Under the pieces are notes generated by a model. That model saw nothing but the letters and a program-made list of their open reading frames with translations. It was not told the DNA's origin and did not search any database. From Nostoc sp. PCC 7120 = FACHB-418 (GTDB lineage: Bacteria; Cyanobacteriota; Cyanobacteriia; Cyanobacteriales; Nostocaceae): 32,000 nucleotides of DNA. Numbering within the stretch: the stretch's first letter is position 1; every line of letters starts with the position of its first letter. The DNA lies in the NCBI RefSeq assembly GCF_000009705.1, contig NC_003272.1, positions 3,030,001 through 3,062,000 on the forward strand. The letters run 5' to 3'. The translations under genes were made by a program, and so were the position numbers. This document shows positions 25,041 through 32,000 of this stretch, one piece after another.

Positions 25041-26282
25041 ATGAAATTTAGTAATCTCAGAAATCCCTGTATCTTGATGATATTCAGCTTGAGTTTTTTA
25101 CAGGCTGCTGAGGCGCAAATTCCTGTAAGTCAAGCATCTCAACTATCTCAGGAAGTAGCAACATTGCGAAAACAGGGGACAAAGGGGTTGCAAGTGTTTC
25201 TTAAATCCCATAGCAGTAAACTTAATAACCCCCAAGTCAGAAAAGCTTTAGATGCACTCTGCCAGCAACGAGACTGTTATGCTTCTCGTCTTTACTGGTA
25301 CACCGACATAGAACAAGCTAAAGCAGCAGCTCAGGCTAGTGGTAAGCCGATTTTATCTTTACGGTTGTTAGGTAGGCTTGATCAGGATTTGAGTTGTGCT
25401 AATAGTCGATTCTTCCGTGTTGCATTGTATCCTAATGCAGAAATTTCTCATCTGTTGCAAGACCGTTTTATTTTACACTGGGAATCAGTGCGCCCTGTAC
25501 CAAAGGTGACAATCGACTTTGGCGATGGTCGGAAACTAGAACGAACGATTACAGGTAACAGCATTCATCATATATTAGATGGGTCTGGTCGTCCCATTGA
25601 TGCTATACCTGGACTTTACAGCCCTAAAGCTTTTTTGCAACAACTACAACAAGCTGAATTATTATCGCAAGAATATCGACGGATTCCTGTTGCCAATCGT
25701 GATGCTTTTTTAAAAAAATATCACAGCGATCGCCTGCAAGCAATCCAAACTCAATGGACAGCAGATTTATCTCAACTAGGAATTAATTCTTTTCCCCGGT
25801 TGACACAATCACCAAGTAATACAAGTCAGCCACCAACGGCAGAGTTAGCAGCTTCTTTGGCAGTTTCTAAGATGGCTGTAGAGCGTCCCTTACTCAGGAC
25901 TATTCAGCCTACTAACAATCGGGAGACGCTGGCAAAAATCACAGATGAGGAATCTTGGAACAAAATCGCTCAACTTTACATAGCTGATACTAAACTAGAT
26001 CAAAACAGCGTTGCTTTAATACGAGCTAAAACTAAAGCAGCTAATTTACAGAAATTGGTAAAAAACTTTGAGTCAGTAATGGCTTTAGATACAGTTAGAA
26101 ATGAATATATTCTACACAGCCAAATTCATCAATGGTTTGTGGAAGGTAATCAGACTAGTGATGTGGCAATACTCAATGACAAAGTATATGCTCAACTATT
26201 TCTAACTCCTAATTCTGACCCTTGGTTGGGACTTGCCCCTGATGGCATATACAATGCTATTGATAATGATGGAATGCGTTGA
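25041..26282 (+). CDS. secreted hypothetical protein with a thioredoxin-fold-like segment
   Basis: ATG at 25041 gives a Sec signal peptide (MKFSNLRNPCILMIFSLSFLQAAEA). WYTDIEQAKAAAQASGKPILSLRLLG...SCANSRFF resembles Thioredoxin_7/DUF255-type domains but has only one Cys. Confidence 0.6.
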   Translation: MKFSNLRNPCILMIFSLSFLQAAEAQIPVSQASQLSQEVATLRKQGTKGLQVFLKSHSSKLNNPQVRKALDALCQQRDCYASRLYWYTDIEQAKAAAQASGKPILSLRLLGRLDQDLSCANSRFFRVALYPNAEISHLLQDRFILHWESVRPVPKVTIDFGDGRKLERTITGNSIHHILDGSGRPIDAIPGLYSPKAFLQQLQQAELLSQEYRRIPVANRDAFLKKYHSDRLQAIQTQWTADLSQLGINSFPRLTQSPSNTSQPPTAELAASLAVSKMAVERPLLRTIQPTNNRETLAKITDEESWNKIAQLYIADTKLDQNSVALIRAKTKAANLQKLVKNFESVMALDTVRNEYILHSQIHQWFVEGNQTSDVAILNDKVYAQLFLTPNSDPWLGLAPDGIYNAIDNDGMR

Positions 26283-26401
26283 TAATTCTCTGTTTTTAAG
26301 CTAATAAGCCTAGTTTTTGCCGTTATCTTGAGCTAGGCGGATTAGCTTTTGTCTTGCTTTTGATGTAATACCGATACGGTTGCAAACATTAGTGATGAAA
26401 G

Positions 26402-26419
26402 TCCCCTGAGAAAGGGGAG
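26402..26419 (-). terminator. short hairpin downstream of prxQ (weak terminator candidate)
   Basis: TCCCCT / AGGGGA stem with a 4-nt loop. On the minus strand it is followed by CTTTCATC. Confidence 0.3.
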
Positions 26420-26449
26420 GTTTTAAACACAAATTTTCGGTAACAAAGT

Positions 26450-27007
26450 TCAAGAAGCTGTGGACTGCAATTTTTCAAGTCGAGCCAAAACTTCTGTACT
26501 GTGAACAGACGGGTTAACTTTGACAAAAGTTTCCCGGAGAATACCTTGTGGATCGATGATAAAGCTATGACGCATAGATACATAACCGATCCAAGAACCG
26601 TAGGCTTTACTAACTGCACCATCAGTATCAGCCAACAAAGGAAATTTTAGACCCTCGGAATCACAAAATTCAGCATGGGAGTCTATATCATCAGCACTCA
26701 CACCAATAATCTGGACATTTTTATCTAGATAGGTTGGTAAATCTTGCTGAAAACGACGAGCTTCAATCGTGCAACCCGATGTAAAGTCTTTGGGGTAAAA
26801 ATACAAGACTACCCATTTACCCCGCAAATCACCAAGAGAAAGTTTACCATCACCTGTATTGGTTGGTAACGTAAAATCGGGTGCAGGTTGGTTGATAGGG
26901 GGGAGTTTGCCCCCAAGTGCATAGGCAGTGGGGGGCAAGTTTAACCAGCTAATAACAGCAAAGCAGCTGACAAGCAAAATATGCAGAAAATTGCGTCGGG
27001 AAATCAT
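26450..27007 (-). CDS. peroxiredoxin, BCP/PrxQ type, with Tat-like signal peptide
   Basis: Active-site FYPKDFTSGCTIE. N-terminus MISRRNFLHILLVSCFAVISWL...AYA. ATG at 27007 is preferred over the TTG at 27037. Confidence 0.9.
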   Translation of the reverse strand: MISRRNFLHILLVSCFAVISWLNLPPTAYALGGKLPPINQPAPDFTLPTNTGDGKLSLGDLRGKWVVLYFYPKDFTSGCTIEARRFQQDLPTYLDKNVQIIGVSADDIDSHAEFCDSEGLKFPLLADTDGAVSKAYGSWIGYVSMRHSFIIDPQGILRETFVKVNPSVHSTEVLARLEKLQSTAS

Positions 27008-27050
27008 GATGTAAACAAGAATGATATCTTTACACAAGTTTACAATTTTT

Positions 27051-27100
27051 AGGGGATGGGGGTATAGATATTCCAGTTCACAATCTTTACACCCTTACAC
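27051..27100. repeat. TACACCC-type imperfect inverted repeat (dispersed family copy)
   Basis: AGGGGATGGGGGTA (27051-27064) faces TACACCCTTACAC (27088-27100). It overlaps the stop of the DUF3148-like gene. Confidence 0.5.
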
Positions 27101-27337
27101 ATCATGATTTTCTGGAAGCTTATCCACACTTTCGATGTATTGGCTATCGATGAGAAATGCACCTTTAGTAAAGCGGACACCCCAATATCCGCCAGGACGA
27201 CGGTCAAGTACAATGCCTTCTTCACCAAGTTGAATCACATCAGGGGGGCGTAGCATGGGCATGGGGTCTGCGGTTTTGATATAGGGCGGTAATGCCACTA
27301 CACGGACTTTACTACCAACGATAAATTCTTCAGACAT
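27095..27337 (-). CDS. DUF3148-like small conserved cyanobacterial/plastid-lineage protein (80 aa)
   Basis: VRVVALPPYIKTADPMPMLRPPDVIQLGEEGIVLDRRPGGYWGVRFTKGAFLIDSQYIE matches my recollection of DUF3148. ATG at 27337 is preferred over the TTG at 27415. Confidence 0.65.
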   Translation of the reverse strand: MSEEFIVGSKVRVVALPPYIKTADPMPMLRPPDVIQLGEEGIVLDRRPGGYWGVRFTKGAFLIDSQYIESVDKLPENHDV

Positions 27338-27626
27338 ATGATTTGTAAGAAACGAGAGTCCCAGTATCCAAGATACCGGGATTCTGAAGCCTTCAATATT
27401 CTGTTTTATCGGCAATAAATTGACATTACTTCAACTTAAAAATTTTCGCTACACTTTTAAGTTTTAAGTGCTATGTTATACTCCTACCGAGCAAGCATCA
27501 TCGAATATGTGCTGAACTCATTTGTTAAATTTACTTAACTTTATTCATCAAAAGTTAGTAAAATTTCCAACATCACTTAGAATTAAACCTGATCTGCACT
27601 TAAAAATCTTCATCTTTTATAAAATC

Positions 27627-28088
27627 ATGGAAATTACTGTCACTGAAGAATCGGTAAAGAAAAGTAAAATTCTGAAATCAGAAAAGGATGATTTCCAGTC
27701 CATAATTACGCATCTTGACTCTAACAACTTAGATGCTAACAGAATTATTGATGCTATTAAGTCAGCGATCGCTGAAGTTGTGGAACTGGAAATCACTACT
27801 TGGGTAGCAGAGCCATCAACGCAATTAGAAGAAGAACTAAACAACATCACCGAAATTGCTAAACCAGGAAACCGAATTTACACCAAAATTAATTTGATCA
27901 GTGGAGATATAGAAAACGAAGTAGGTAGTCAGTTCTTAGCTAGTGGCCCTTATGCCGAACTACTCAACTTTCATTTAGTTCAAGTGAAAGATAGTCGAGA
28001 AATCATGCAGAAGAATATAGAAAGCGTCCAGAAAATATATAAAATTCTGATGGAAATGTATAACTCTCGCAAAACGGTACAACTGTGA
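27627..28088 (+). CDS. hypothetical soluble protein A (153 aa), first gene of an uncharacterised operon
   Basis: ATG at 27627. Motifs LEITTWV and IY-x7-GDI-x20-H are shared with the next gene. No family recognised. Confidence 0.6.
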   Translation: MEITVTEESVKKSKILKSEKDDFQSIITHLDSNNLDANRIIDAIKSAIAEVVELEITTWVAEPSTQLEEELNNITEIAKPGNRIYTKINLISGDIENEVGSQFLASGPYAELLNFHLVQVKDSREIMQKNIESVQKIYKILMEMYNSRKTVQL

Positions 28089-28186
28089 AGGGCGTTGTAA
28101 GTTTGAGAGTCAATAATTAGCCTCTACTTCTACCTATAGGTATCACTTAATAACAAGATTTGCCAGAATAATAAAGGGTGATTGCT

Positions 28187-29098
28187 ATGCAAAATAAAAC
28201 TCAAGGAATAGACGCTCTTGAGAATTCAGATGCGCGTGATAGTAGATTTAATAATAAGAAATTAACAAATAGTAATCAAACAAGAGATACTCTTGAGATT
28301 AAATGTAGAAATTTATTAGATAAATTTGTATCATCTGTACAAGTATTAGTTGATGATATTACAGCCTTAGAAGTCAATACTATGGTTGTTTCTAATATTA
28401 CTGGGTCTAAATTTAGTGCATGGGAAGCTTATCAAGAAATTTATTCCATACATGATAAAGATTATTTTAAGGTAAAAGGAATCCCTGATGATAGCCCATT
28501 GCGAGAGCGTTATCAACGTCTATTTGCTCAACTTGAAAGAGAGTATTTTTATATAATTATCGAGGATGAAAAACTGCACAATGACAAAGTAGAACAATAT
28601 CACAAGCGCTTGGCATTGTTAAAAGAAATTAAACAAGGAAATATAGTTGAATCAGACCCTCGATATGTGGAATTAGCCCGCCCTATATTACCTTCTCCCT
28701 CTCCTGTTATTGATAGTGGAAATACAGACAATCGTAATGAAAATTGGCAACAAGAATGGCAACAAAATTGCCAAGAAATTCATACGCTTTTGATTAATGA
28801 TAAATTTGTGCGTACTCTGCGGAAGATTTCTGAATTGAAAGCCGCTCTTGATGGTGGAGATGTGACAAGTACCAAGACTGATACTATTTATGCTCAAACT
28901 GTTATGCAGTTAGACGGAGATATTATTACTCGATATCATAAAGACCTGTTCAGTTTACCAGAAGAAACAAAAAACTTAATCCTGCAAGTTCACAATGAAG
29001 GTGTAGTTGCAGGTGAAAAACAATGGCATGGAGTGCTAGATTTTATGATTAATTTGGTAAGAAATATGGCAAATTTAGCTGTAAATGGAAGACAATAA
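28187..29098 (+). CDS. hypothetical soluble protein B (303 aa), paralogue of A with a roughly 170-aa insertion
   Basis: ATG at 28187 with AAGGG SD 8 nt upstream. Motifs LEVNTMVV and IY-x8-GDI-x22-H. No family recognised. Confidence 0.65.
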   Translation: MQNKTQGIDALENSDARDSRFNNKKLTNSNQTRDTLEIKCRNLLDKFVSSVQVLVDDITALEVNTMVVSNITGSKFSAWEAYQEIYSIHDKDYFKVKGIPDDSPLRERYQRLFAQLEREYFYIIIEDEKLHNDKVEQYHKRLALLKEIKQGNIVESDPRYVELARPILPSPSPVIDSGNTDNRNENWQQEWQQNCQEIHTLLINDKFVRTLRKISELKAALDGGDVTSTKTDTIYAQTVMQLDGDIITRYHKDLFSLPEETKNLILQVHNEGVVAGEKQWHGVLDFMINLVRNMANLAVNGRQ

Positions 29099-30044
29099 AA
29101 TCCAAACAAATAATCCTGCTGATGCTATAATTGCGATTTCCTTGCAAATTCCCCAAGGCAATATTTTACAGCTTCATGTTGAGCAAAATGATTATAGTTT
29201 TTACCTGAATCAGCAAGTCGTAGAACAAATCCAAGAAGCTAGAAACAAGGGTATTTCTATTGAGATTCCACCAAAGCTTTTGCTACCTCTCTGGTACTGC
29301 ACTTGCTTTAGCCATAATTTTGTACCAACCAGGAAGGAAGAAGATGGGACTAGGATAACTGTCACCAAGTCTTATACTATTTTTTTAATAAATATTCTGC
29401 AAGCCTTTTGGAGTAAATCTCTACAAAAGAACACCTCTTTACAACCTGGTTTTACTTTCACCTCTTATTATCAGCAAGAGCAATTACAATCTGTTGATGC
29501 TCATAAACAAGAGCGCGTTTTACAAAGTGTTGTCTTATTTCATGGCGATATTTTGCACAAAATTAAGTGGGATTTGCTAAATAACAATTTTGATTGCCAG
29601 AAAATTGTTGCGGCTCACTATTGGCTCATAGAACAAATTTTAGGTGCTTTGAGGAGTAAGTTAAATCTGTTAGTTTGGGAAATAGCCGCGATTGTGCCTG
29701 CTGGTTTTTTGGCTTATAATTCACATTCAATTAATGGGTTAACATCAGTCATAACTTGGATAGGTGCGACTATCACAATAGCTTTTAGCCGCCCTATATT
29801 GGTAAAGATTTTACGAAGATTTACTACTCTTAAAAGCGAAAATTTGGATAATTGGGTTTGGGCTATCGTTTGTAGTGTTTCTGGTATTATTTCTCATGGC
29901 GTTGGGGAGTTGAGTAACATTTACTTATTGTTGTTGCTAATTCTTTCGTGGTTGACACCAGAAATTGTCAAACGTACTTTACGTTATATCTGGCCACTAC
30001 TAGGTAAATTCATGATACGCTCACTCTCCCGCTTACCTTTTTAA
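29085..30044 (+). CDS. hypothetical membrane protein C (319 aa; soluble N-domain plus about 4 TM helices)
   Basis: The ATG overlaps the end of gene B by 14 nt. The N-domain carries HGDI-x21-H. The C-terminal half has four hydrophobic segments. Confidence 0.65.
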   Translation: MEDNKIQTNNPADAIIAISLQIPQGNILQLHVEQNDYSFYLNQQVVEQIQEARNKGISIEIPPKLLLPLWYCTCFSHNFVPTRKEEDGTRITVTKSYTIFLINILQAFWSKSLQKNTSLQPGFTFTSYYQQEQLQSVDAHKQERVLQSVVLFHGDILHKIKWDLLNNNFDCQKIVAAHYWLIEQILGALRSKLNLLVWEIAAIVPAGFLAYNSHSINGLTSVITWIGATITIAFSRPILVKILRRFTTLKSENLDNWVWAIVCSVSGIISHGVGELSNIYLLLLLILSWLTPEIVKRTLRYIWPLLGKFMIRSLSRLPF

Positions 30045-31250
30045 CAAATGCCAACATTGTTGTGCGATCGCCCAATCTTCTTGAGTATGAATTACTAACA
30101 CCCGTACTGTAGAATCAGCAGTGGCGATATCTATATCTACTGGTTTGTTTTGGTTCTTTTCTGGGTCAAGTTTTAACCCTAAAAACCCAAAGGCTTCACA
30201 AGCTGCTTGGCGAATACCTGCTGATTTTTCCCCTACGCCTGCGGTAAACACCAACACATCCAAACCCCCCAGACTCGCCAACATGGAACCAATCCCAGAA
30301 CGCAGCCGATGTACGTACATATCCCACGCCAGTTGGGCGCGGTAGTTACCTTGGGTAATGGCTTCTATGACCTGGGGTAAATCGCTGGAAACCCCAGAAA
30401 TACCGCGTAAGCCGGAAGCTTTATTTAAAACATAGTCCAATCTTTCAGCAGAGTAATCTGATTGTCGCATTAAGTGAACAATGATCCCCGGATCGATGGC
30501 ACCGGAACGACTACCCATCATCAACCCATCTAAAGGTGTGAAACCCATTGTAGTGTCAATACTGCGACCATTTTTAATTGCTGCCAAAGAGCAACCATTG
30601 CCCAGATGGCAGGTAATTATCCGCAGAGATGCCAAATCTCGACCAAGGATTTGAGCCGCACGAGCCGAACAGTATTGGTGACTAATGCCATGAAATCCAT
30701 AGCGGCGGATACCTTGTTCCACCCATTCAAAAGGGCCGGGATAAATAGCGGCGGCATCGGGTAGAGTGGCATGGAAGCCAGTATCAAACACTGCTACTTG
30801 GGGAACATCACCCAAACTTTTTTCGATAGCTTCGATACCTTCCAAGGCGGCAGGATTATGTGCTGGGGCGAGGTTGGATAATTTAGCGATCGCCTGTTTC
30901 ACTTCTTCAGTAATAATTACACTATGGCGGTAATTTTGCCCACCATGTACCACCCGATGTCCCACCACATCGATTTCGGATAATTGACCGATAACCTTAG
31001 TTGCACCGCGACTGAGGGTATAAAGCATATAGGTGACGTGTGCTTGACGGGAATCACCATATATAGACTCATGGAGCGTTTCACCTCTAGCTGTTTTGAC
31101 CTCAATTTCCGCCACACTTCTGTCTTGAGTCCAGTTAACTTTCCCTTCCCAAAGCGGCTGGGGTGCTTCACTCAGGAGAGCATCATCGGGAATTTCATAT
31201 AGACAACTCTTTTGGCTGCTTGAACCAGCATTCAAAATTAGTACTTTCAT
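30033..31250 (-). CDS. ackA: acetate kinase
   Basis: MKVLILNAGSSSQKSCLYE N-terminus, VGHRVVHGG, FDTGFH and the HGISHQY motifs are diagnostic. Confidence 0.95.
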   Translation of the reverse strand: MKVLILNAGSSSQKSCLYEIPDDALLSEAPQPLWEGKVNWTQDRSVAEIEVKTARGETLHESIYGDSRQAHVTYMLYTLSRGATKVIGQLSEIDVVGHRVVHGGQNYRHSVIITEEVKQAIAKLSNLAPAHNPAALEGIEAIEKSLGDVPQVAVFDTGFHATLPDAAAIYPGPFEWVEQGIRRYGFHGISHQYCSARAAQILGRDLASLRIITCHLGNGCSLAAIKNGRSIDTTMGFTPLDGLMMGSRSGAIDPGIIVHLMRQSDYSAERLDYVLNKASGLRGISGVSSDLPQVIEAITQGNYRAQLAWDMYVHRLRSGIGSMLASLGGLDVLVFTAGVGEKSAGIRQAACEAFGFLGLKLDPEKNQNKPVDIDIATADSTVRVLVIHTQEDWAIAQQCWHLLKR

Positions 31251-31350
31251 TACATTTACGTGATTCAGGTTTGTGAAGTGTGAGCTATATCATTTCCTAA
31301 TTTCAGGTATTTATTAAACTTATTACCGATATTTTAGGAAAAGCAAAGAC

Positions 31351-31746
31351 GTGAACCGTTTCCAAAAGCTATCCTCAATCGTGTTCCTGTTATTAGCTTT
31401 CATCTATCCGCCTACATTAGTTGAAGCTAAAGAGAATACTCTCAATAATGCTTTGAATGAGCAAACTATTGAAGCAGAAACAAACTTAGTCGAAGGTGAA
31501 CACAAAGAAACATTAATAGCTCACCGACAATATAGACGGCGTTATCACGGAAGAAGACGGGCTAGACGGCATTACCACAGACGGCGCTATCATAATCGGC
31601 ATTATTACAGGCATTACTATCGTAATGGACGTTATCGTGGTCGGCATTATCGTAGAGCAAATTATCGCGGTCAATACTATCGTCGTGGAGGATGGGAACT
31701 TGTTCGTGACCGTCATGGACGATTAATGTATGATTGGCAGCGTTAA
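31351..31746 (+). CDS. secreted Arg/Tyr/His-rich repetitive protein (131 aa)
   Basis: GTG start with AGGAAAAG upstream. Sec-type signal peptide (LSSIVFLLLAFIYPPTLVEA), an acidic spacer, then about 57 residues that are roughly 77% R/Y/H. Confidence 0.55.
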   Translation: MNRFQKLSSIVFLLLAFIYPPTLVEAKENTLNNALNEQTIEAETNLVEGEHKETLIAHRQYRRRYHGRRRARRHYHRRRYHNRHYYRHYYRNGRYRGRHYRRANYRGQYYRRGGWELVRDRHGRLMYDWQR

Positions 31747-32000
31747 TACCTAAAGGGTGTGTAGATAACCAGAAAGCTATGATTTGCGTAGGTTGGGGAC
31801 GTTATCAACAATCAGTCCCCACCCATCATCAAAGATGGTTTGATTGGTAAGTAATTTAACTGAATTATTCATGATTTATATCTGTGGTATGAGTTGCTTC
31901 TCTATTATTTGATGAACTTATAGGTAACAAAAATATCATTCTGAAGATAGAGACATAGGTATTTACTAAAATTCTATGTTTATCACTGGTATAAATTTTT

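Noticed and set aside
26389-26622. 77-aa ORF overlapping the 3' end of prxQ on the same strand
   Set aside because: It is an alternative frame of a confidently identified peroxiredoxin gene.
10404-27522. Long N-terminal extensions in the ORF track (starts at 10404, 19586, 23122, 24008, 24939, 27037, 27415, 27522)
   Set aside because: Most of these open at TTG codons or add sequence upstream of a much better ATG. The better ATG gives a signal peptide, a lipobox, an SD or a family-typical N-terminus, so I used the internal ATG starts.
1166-31716. Many 60-130-aa ORFs antisense to or overlapping confident genes (1166-1393, 1749-1931, 2641-2829, 6131-6319, 6136-6390, 7368-7562, 9685-9885, 10409-10594, 15129-15332, 15858-16130, 16560-16757, 16898-17104, 17383-17586, 18802-19185, 20096-20356, 20624-20824, 22536-22805, 23551-23793, 27617-27850, 28688-28897, 30121-30345, 30917-31171, 30984-31202, 31513-31716)
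   Set aside because: These are shadow frames of well-supported CDSs. They have low-complexity or odd composition and no independent support.
1-32000. tRNA, rRNA or tmRNA genes
   Set aside because: I scanned the intergenic spacers for T-loop-like GGTTCGAATCC-type motifs and cloverleaf-sized GC-rich blocks and found none. A covariance-model scan would be needed for certainty.

Overview
This window is most likely a chromosomal segment from a filamentous, heterocyst-forming cyanobacterium (Nostoc/Anabaena type). By eye I count about 22 perfect HIP1 octamers (GCGATCGC) and many 7-nt tandem STRR-type arrays packed into intergenic spacers. Most of the coding content is ordinary and scattered housekeeping: an LLM-class flavin oxidoreductase, a Coq4-family protein, a sugar ABC permease, a prolyl oligopeptidase, a five-gene branched-chain amino-acid-type ABC transporter, dapB, cobH, a glycosyltransferase, a PrxQ peroxiredoxin and ackA. 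I saw no rRNA, tRNA or CRISPR array. The best candidate for something undescribed is an AT-rich three-gene operon at about 27.6-30.0 kb. It encodes two soluble paralogues and a 4-TM membrane protein. All three share an IY/GDI-x20-22-H motif, and I cannot place them in any known family. Other items worth a second look are listed here.
- A signal-peptide protein whose mature part is about three-quarters Arg/Tyr/His (31.35-31.75 kb).
- A lipase-like alpha/beta hydrolase with its core split by about 220 residues.
- An orphan NifX-like gene with a Cys/Lys/Glu-rich insertion.
- A Uma2 endonuclease gene and an antisense Rpn/DUF4351 remnant lodged inside the ABC-transporter operon.
- A dispersed TACACCC-type inverted-repeat family and a perfect 18-bp hairpin inside a roughly 1-kb AT-rich non-coding region.
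Every functional call rests on motif and family recognition by eye. No database search was run.
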